The translations under genes and the position numbers were made by a program. From the NCBI GenBank assembly GCA_964650185.1, contig CAZYRN010000004.1:2553-62068 (forward strand): DNA of 59,516 nucleotides, read 5' to 3'. Under the pieces are notes generated by a model. The model was not told the DNA's origin and ran no database searches. It saw nothing but the letters and a program-made list of their open reading frames with translations. The stretch comes from an uncultured Pseudomonadales bacterium. Its GTDB lineage: Bacteria > Patescibacteriota > Microgenomatia > UBA1400 > PJMF01. Below, piece after piece: positions 54,190-59,516 of the stretch. Position 1 is the stretch's first letter. The number at the start of each line of letters is the position of its first letter.

Positions 54190-55462
54190 CACCACCTTCA
54201 ACAACGCCTCCACCAGCACCATCCTCCACGTCGACATCAACTCTTACTTTGCCACCCTCCAACAGCAGGAAAATCCCCACCTGCGCGGCCGGCCGATTGG
54301 CGTCGTTAAAGATGAGGGTCGCTCCTGCATTATTGCCGCCTCGAAAGAAGCTAAGAAATTCGGTATCAAAACTGGGGCTGATTTGCCAGAAGCCAGACTG
54401 CGCTGTCCAGATCTACTAACTATTCCCGCCCAGTTTGATCGTTATCTTGATGCCACCCGTCGGCTCAAAAAAATCTTCACCCAAATTGCACCAGCTATAA
54501 CCATCTACTCACTGGATGAAGCTTTTATCGATATTTCTGACTGCCAACAACACCTCTACCCCGATCCCCATCATCTCGGCAGACAAATCCAGCAGCTGAT
54601 TAAAAATGATCTGGGTGAATGGGTGACAGCCAGCGTTGGCATTGGTCCCAACCGCTTCCTGGCAAAAATGGCCTCAGAAATCTCGCCGCCGGAGAGTGTT
54701 TTTGAAATTAATCACCATAATCTCGATGCCGTTTTAGCTGAAGTTAAGTTTAATGATGTGTGCGGTATCGGCTACCAGCTAGAAAAAAAGCTACTCAAGA
54801 TGGGCATCACCCACCCCTACCTCATTCGGCTTTACTCCAATGATGACCTGCTGCCAATTTTTGGCCCTTTTTGGACAAAAGAGTTAAAAAAAATGGCGTA
54901 CGGCCAGGAGCCTCATCACCTCGAATTGCTGAACGAGCCACTGCCTCATATGAAAAGTGTGGGGCGTTCCATTACCGGCTATAAGCTGTATGATAATGAG
55001 CAAGAGATCAAAAGCATCTTGTACAACTTGACTGAGGAGGTCACTCACAAGGTGCGCCAGATGAAGCTGGCAGGCAGAGCTGTCAATGTGAGTTTGTTCG
55101 GCCAAAATCGCGGCTGGGGGCAAGCTCCCCAAATCTGGCACCAACACCTTACCCTCAAGTATTACCTCCGCCACACTCAGGAAATGTTTCAGCTAATCTA
55201 TGATCAGCTTTATCGAAACTGGCAGCGGGAGTTTAAAGTGATTAAGTTCGGCGTCAGACTAGGCATGCTGGAACCAGTCGCTGAGATCAATCCTTCTCTA
55301 TTGCCAGAAGCACAACAGCAAGAAAAAATTTCTGCCGCCAAAGATTACTTAACAGAAAAGTATGGCTTATTTACCCTCCGCTCTGGCGTGCTACTCAATC
55401 AGCCTTTAATTAGGCCGGAAGTAACCGGTTTTCTTGGGGACAAAACTTACCACCAGCTGTAA
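54182..55462 (+). CDS. dinB: Y-family DNA polymerase (Pol IV/DinB-like)
   Basis: HVDINSYFA, AAS.EAK.FGI, YSLDEAF (catalytic carboxylates intact), LAKMAS, GIG, KSVG; C-terminal little-finger domain plus tail. Confidence 0.9.
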   Translation: MNNTTFNNASTSTILHVDINSYFATLQQQENPHLRGRPIGVVKDEGRSCIIAASKEAKKFGIKTGADLPEARLRCPDLLTIPAQFDRYLDATRRLKKIFTQIAPAITIYSLDEAFIDISDCQQHLYPDPHHLGRQIQQLIKNDLGEWVTASVGIGPNRFLAKMASEISPPESVFEINHHNLDAVLAEVKFNDVCGIGYQLEKKLLKMGITHPYLIRLYSNDDLLPIFGPFWTKELKKMAYGQEPHHLELLNEPLPHMKSVGRSITGYKLYDNEQEIKSILYNLTEEVTHKVRQMKLAGRAVNVSLFGQNRGWGQAPQIWHQHLTLKYYLRHTQEMFQLIYDQLYRNWQREFKVIKFGVRLGMLEPVAEINPSLLPEAQQQEKISAAKDYLTEKYGLFTLRSGVLLNQPLIRPEVTGFLGDKTYHQL

Positions 55463-55463
55463 G

Positions 55464-56519
55464 CTACAGTTTAAGATATTTAAATAGCTTCACTTCACTG
55501 AGCATACTTTCTTTCCAGTTGTAACTGCCTTCCAGAAAATCAATTTTCTTCATCCCCAGAGATAAAGCATCTTCAATCTCAATCAGGTTCATGTAGTTGC
55601 CGACACCGGAAAAACGTTTGATATCATAACCGCCTTTTAAAGCATAGTAACCGCCTTGATAAAGAGCAATCACGTCCACCCCTGCCACTTGACCGCCAAT
55701 CCGGACTGACACGACTCTAATCTCAAACTCATCTTTTGCCATCCCCAGCACCATAATTTTCTCAAAAGTAGCTCGTTTCCGCGGATCATCCCAGTCACTA
55801 GGGTCAGGACGATCTGCAAAACGGAGTTTGTTAAGCCGCACCATCTCTTGATAGTCAGCAAAGTTATTAATGGTGACAGTGGGATTAAGCTGAGAAATTA
55901 GCCGAAAATCACGGCGGAGATTGTATCTTTTTTTCTTCTTGAGAGAGTCTAAAAAATCATCTAAAGAAGCCACTTTAGTTAAATCAATCAGGTACTTAGG
56001 TTCATCAGGCTGAAAAGAGATGACTTTTTCATAGGGAAAAATAGCTGAAGCAGCAATCGCATTTAAGATGGTTGGTGTTGGGGCAGCTGCCAATAACAGG
56101 GGGATTATCACCGGATCACTGACAAAAAACCGGTTGTCTTCATGCCAAGGACTGCCAAACCACTCATATTGCTTTAACTCAGAGTTAAACCACAACGGTA
56201 GCACGCCCAGCACGCCAGTTTGGTTTTTTAACACAATAAAATAAGGCTGAAATTGGTAACCATGCCAAAAAGCCAGTCGAAACTGCCAGGAATCAAATAA
56301 ACTTTGGTGGGGTGAAAATTGTTCCCATAGCTGCTGACACTCGAGTAATTCTGTCTTTATTTCCAGCTGGAGCGTTTTTAGCAGTAGTAAATGACCATGC
56401 TGTTTATAAAACTGCTGCTGCTGATCTGATAAGGCACGACGAAATAGCTGCGGGTAAAATTTGCGGTGTTGAGTGAGTGGAGGTATCGGACCAGGATCTT
56501 CGTCTTGATCTAATGGCAT
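55464..56519 (-). CDS. GNAT-fold protein (CelD/BcsL-like acetyltransferase)
   Basis: QSLFDSWQFR, KKKRYNLRR, Y....GGYD.....GVG, DFLEG....K pattern. Confidence 0.7.
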   Translation of the reverse strand: MPLDQDEDPGPIPPLTQHRKFYPQLFRRALSDQQQQFYKQHGHLLLLKTLQLEIKTELLECQQLWEQFSPHQSLFDSWQFRLAFWHGYQFQPYFIVLKNQTGVLGVLPLWFNSELKQYEWFGSPWHEDNRFFVSDPVIIPLLLAAAPTPTILNAIAASAIFPYEKVISFQPDEPKYLIDLTKVASLDDFLDSLKKKKRYNLRRDFRLISQLNPTVTINNFADYQEMVRLNKLRFADRPDPSDWDDPRKRATFEKIMVLGMAKDEFEIRVVSVRIGGQVAGVDVIALYQGGYYALKGGYDIKRFSGVGNYMNLIEIEDALSLGMKKIDFLEGSYNWKESMLSEVKLFKYLKL

Positions 56520-56620
56520 GCTGCACCACCCTTTTAGTCCTTTGCGGTGGCGAAAATTGATACGAAAATTAATACAAGAAAATTGTACTGCGCTCAATTA
56601 AGATGTCAAGAGATCAGCTG

Positions 56621-57871
56621 TTACTTCAGTTTGGCCTGGGCCGCCCGAGCTGAACTAATAAAATAATCAATGTCTTCTTTAGTATGAGCCGCACTCAACT
56701 GCACTCTGATCTCATCTCTCCCTGGAGAAACCACTGGATAACTCAGGTTTGTCACTAAGATGCCCGCTTCAAAGAAAGCGTCGGTCAGGGCCTTGGCTTT
56801 TTTAGCCTCACCCAGTAAAATGGGCTGAATAGGATGAATTGAGTCCGAAGCAAACTCGAAACCAAGCTCAATCATCTCGCGCTTAAACTGCCCCATGTTT
56901 TCCCGAAGCTGAGCTAACATTTTTTGTCCTTTTTCGCTAGATAAGAGCTTGACAGCCGCCAAACCTGCACCAGCTGTTCCGGGCGAGATAGAGTTGGAAT
57001 AAATGTATGTCGCCGCAGCTTCACGCAGGTAGTCAATCACAACTTGATCTCCCACCACATAACCGCCATCAGCGCCCAAAGCCTTCCCCAACGTACCTAC
57101 CAGTACATCTGCCTTGCCTCTAGTCACTTCTTCCGTACCGCGACCAGTTTCGCCAAAAGCACCAATGCCATGAGCATCATCAACCACCAGTATGATGCCT
57201 TGTTCATACTCACTGTCATACTGATTAACTAGCGCCCGCAGCGGACCGAGATCTTGATATTCGCCGAGCATGCTAAAGACACCGTCAGTGACAATCAACA
57301 CTCGCTGGTGCTGACCTTTTTCTTCCTCGAGAATTTTGGCTAAATCATCAAGATCAAGATGTTTGAAGATGCGCCGCTTAGGCTTGGGATGATTTGCAAT
57401 GCGAATCCCATCAATGATACTGCGATGATTAATCTCGTCAGAGATGACTAAAACATCATTACCCACCACTGAATCCCGGCTTTGGCCAGCAATCAGTGAG
57501 AATAAAACAGCCATATTAGCCGCAAAAGCAGAAGAAAAGACCATGGCATCATCACGGCCGTGAAACTCAGCCAGGGCTTTTTCCAGATCACGATGAATTT
57601 TGAGTGAGCCGGAAATAAACCGGACTGCACCTGGACCAGTGCCATACTGCTGTGAAGCCTGGTGTTCGGCCTCTTTCAGTTCTGGCAGATGGCGGAAACC
57701 TAAGTAGTCATTGGAGTTGAAAATCCGGTACTCTTGACCGGCAATTTTAGCCCGAGGCGCTGGGTGGTCAGTAAAACCCTCAATCACATTTTCGTGGCGC
57801 TTGGCGGTACCAGCGTCATCAATGCGTGCCAGCTCTTGGCCTAAAACCTGATAAAAAGCTTGTTTAGACAT
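56621..57871 (-). CDS. kbl: 2-amino-3-ketobutyrate CoA ligase (glycine C-acetyltransferase)
   Basis: FNSNDYLG, G.GAVRFISG, SDEINHRSIIDGIR, TDGVFSM.G, VDDAHG, GTLGKALG (PLP Lys), RVQLSAAH; coupled to tdh. Confidence 0.88.
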   Translation of the reverse strand: MSKQAFYQVLGQELARIDDAGTAKRHENVIEGFTDHPAPRAKIAGQEYRIFNSNDYLGFRHLPELKEAEHQASQQYGTGPGAVRFISGSLKIHRDLEKALAEFHGRDDAMVFSSAFAANMAVLFSLIAGQSRDSVVGNDVLVISDEINHRSIIDGIRIANHPKPKRRIFKHLDLDDLAKILEEEKGQHQRVLIVTDGVFSMLGEYQDLGPLRALVNQYDSEYEQGIILVVDDAHGIGAFGETGRGTEEVTRGKADVLVGTLGKALGADGGYVVGDQVVIDYLREAAATYIYSNSISPGTAGAGLAAVKLLSSEKGQKMLAQLRENMGQFKREMIELGFEFASDSIHPIQPILLGEAKKAKALTDAFFEAGILVTNLSYPVVSPGRDEIRVQLSAAHTKEDIDYFISSARAAQAKLK

Positions 57872-58811
57872 GATTTCCTTTCAATTTTTCTGCCAATTTT
57901 TCCAGCATCACCTCGACCATCTTGCTCAGATCATACTCAGGCTGCCACTGCCAATCTTGGCGAGCGACACTGTCATCAATGCTCATCGGCCAAGACTCAG
58001 CAATTTTTTGCCTTTCATCAGGCTGATAAGTGACTTCTAGGGGCCGGTGCCGCTGAATCTCAGCAGCAATTTCGGCAGGAGTAAAGCTAATGGCGGCAAA
58101 GTTGTAGCTGGTATGAATGGAGAGATCAGCTGCATCTGCTTGCATGAGCTGAATCGTACCGCGGATAGCGTCATCCATGTACATCATGGGGAGGGCGGCG
58201 TCATCTTGCAGGTAAATTTCATAACTGCCTTCTTGTAAAGCCTTGTAAAATATTTCGACAGCATAATCCGTAGTGCCGCCGCCCGGCTCCGCCTTCCAGC
58301 TAATCAAGCCAGGATAACGGACACTGCGGACATCCAACCCATACTTCAAGTGATAGTACTGACACATTAACTCACCCGCCACCTTAGTCACGCCGTACAT
58401 AGTAGTTGGCTCTAAAACAGTTTGCTGAGGCGTGTTTTCCCGAGGAGTAGTTGGACCAAATGCCGCAATTGAGCTTGGCCAAAATACTTTCAGCTGATAC
58501 TCTTTGGCTAAATCTAAAACATCTTTTAAGCTGTTGACATTAATATCCCAAGCTAAATCTGGGTTTTTTTCGCCCGTGGCAGAGAGCAGCGAGACCATAT
58601 GATAAATGGTTCCCACTTCGTGTTTTTCTATTAAAGCTTTCAGACCTGCTTTATCAGGGAGACGCAAAGTTTCAACAATGCCTTGAAAATCCTCAGGCAC
58701 ATTTTTGTTGCCCATAGCAATGACATTTTCTGGACCGTGCAATCGCTGCAGTTCCGGCACCAACTCACTGCCAATCTGGCCAAAAGCACCAGTTACCAGA
58801 ATTTTCTTCAT
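57864..58811 (-). CDS. tdh: L-threonine 3-dehydrogenase (SDR/epimerase type)
   Basis: TGAFGQIGSEL, LLSATGE, WPSSIAAFG, P.TMYGVTK, RYPGLIS, PGGGTTDYAV, PMMYMDD; SD GGAGG. Confidence 0.9.
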   Translation of the reverse strand: MKKILVTGAFGQIGSELVPELQRLHGPENVIAMGNKNVPEDFQGIVETLRLPDKAGLKALIEKHEVGTIYHMVSLLSATGEKNPDLAWDINVNSLKDVLDLAKEYQLKVFWPSSIAAFGPTTPRENTPQQTVLEPTTMYGVTKVAGELMCQYYHLKYGLDVRSVRYPGLISWKAEPGGGTTDYAVEIFYKALQEGSYEIYLQDDAALPMMYMDDAIRGTIQLMQADAADLSIHTSYNFAAISFTPAEIAAEIQRHRPLEVTYQPDERQKIAESWPMSIDDSVARQDWQWQPEYDLSKMVEVMLEKLAEKLKGNHV

Positions 58812-58853
58812 AAAATTTCCTCCCTGCTGATTTTTAATTGCCAAAATGTGCTT

Positions 58854-58910
58854 GACTAACCACTAGCCAAACTAAGACTAGTGTATCACTACCCTGATAG
58901 CTAATTAGTC
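58854..58910 (-). other. Candidate three-way-junction structure upstream of tdh
   Basis: GACTAA/TTAGTC encloses TATCA-6nt-TGATA and CACTAG-11nt-CTAGTG. Confidence 0.35.
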
Positions 58911-58944
58911 GGAAAAAGTGGTCAAAATCATGCAATCGAGTGAA

Positions 58945-59379
58945 TTAGTTGGCAAGCGAAGCATCAAAAACAACCGTTTCTTCTGCTTTTGGTCCACTGC
59001 CATTCTCATGGCCGTTGTGACCATTGTGGCCGTTGTGACCATTGTGATGGGGTGACATTTCTGTCACAACTTCCTCAACCTCAGGAAAAGCTGCCTGACG
59101 ATAATTTTCAATACTCAATACTCCAAACTGTTCACTAGCATACTGATCAAGTATTAAAGCCCTTAGCTGTTCTATCAATTTTTTTGACTTAATTTCAACA
59201 TTGGGTCTCCCTGGAATTTCTATAAACCACAAGGATCCTGTTCCAGGATTGGTTGAAATAGTTGCAAGCAAATCCTCTTGTATATGTTTGCCATTATCTG
59301 ACTGTTGGCGCTGATAAAATTTGTACGTAAAATTATCAACTTTCTCTACCTGCACCACCCCCAACTCACCTCTTATCAT
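58945..59379 (-). CDS. Hypothetical protein with (HNG)n repeat near the C-terminus
   Basis: 144-aa AT-rich ATG ORF; 9-bp-period repeat at ~59008-59049 encoding HHNGHNGHNGHNGH. Confidence 0.6.
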   Translation of the reverse strand: MIRGELGVVQVEKVDNFTYKFYQRQQSDNGKHIQEDLLATISTNPGTGSLWFIEIPGRPNVEIKSKKLIEQLRALILDQYASEQFGVLSIENYRQAAFPEVEEVVTEMSPHHNGHNGHNGHNGHENGSGPKAEETVVFDASLAN

Positions 59380-59516
59380 TAAGAAAAAAGCTTCATGAAT
59401 AGCCTCTTCCTGTTCATGATTAAAGTTACTACTTTTCCCCTACTCTACCCAAAACACTTACATTTGTAAAGCGACTTTGATCTAGTTTGTATTAGTTAGC
59501 TAATATTAGCACCACT

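Noticed and set aside
2047-58238. Many 60-200 aa antisense or alternate-frame ORFs in the track (e.g. 2047-2313, 36307-36741, 40279-40875, 51018-51359)
   Set aside because: They lie within well-supported genes and have no independent motifs.
1-59516. TGA recoding (code 25/4), as in Gracilibacteria and Absconditabacteria
   Set aside because: Long conserved genes have no in-frame TGA, and TGA ends rpsF, pyrF and mreC at their expected C-termini.
1-59516. CRISPR array, IS element or rRNA
   Set aside because: No spaced repeat array, transposase motif or rRNA signature seen; all repeats are short duplications or coding repeats.

Overview
A 59.5-kb stretch of bacterial chromosome in standard genetic code 11. 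Gene content and style suggest Patescibacteria/CPR, probably Microgenomates-like (inference, not a database result). It is mostly housekeeping: dnaB, hisS, cysS, prfA, rpsF-ssb-rpsR, ychF, recR, topA, dprA, an mreB-like/mreC/mreD-like/PBP2 operon, def-fmt, tRNA-Leu(CAA) and tRNA-Ala(CGC), interspersed with small AT-rich orphans. I see no CRISPR array, transposase, integrase or rRNA. The standout is a translationally coupled five-gene operon at 23911-29090 (- strand): argininosuccinate synthase fused to a CarB-type MGS allosteric domain, a CodA/AtzC-like amidohydrolase with an altered catalytic motif (HVDQ), dihydroorotate dehydrogenase, pyrE and pyrF. It is preceded by a promoter, a leader ORF and an intrinsic terminator, an attenuator-like layout. 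carAB, pyrB, pyrC and argH are absent from the operon and the window. My hypothesis is an undescribed entry route to de novo UMP, in which citrulline (or another ureido donor) plus aspartate yields dihydroorotate. The operon abuts a dTTP/nucleotide cluster (tmk, MazG-like, DHFR, dut, HD, thyA, HIT, NTase-dCMP deaminase fusion, cytidylyltransferase, NadD-like). Other observations: a window-wide leaderless promoter pattern, an MreB-like protein lacking the catalytic Glu, a split ImuB-CTD-like/DinB cassette, a secreted GH5 enzyme, and candidate structured RNAs upstream of hpf and tdh.
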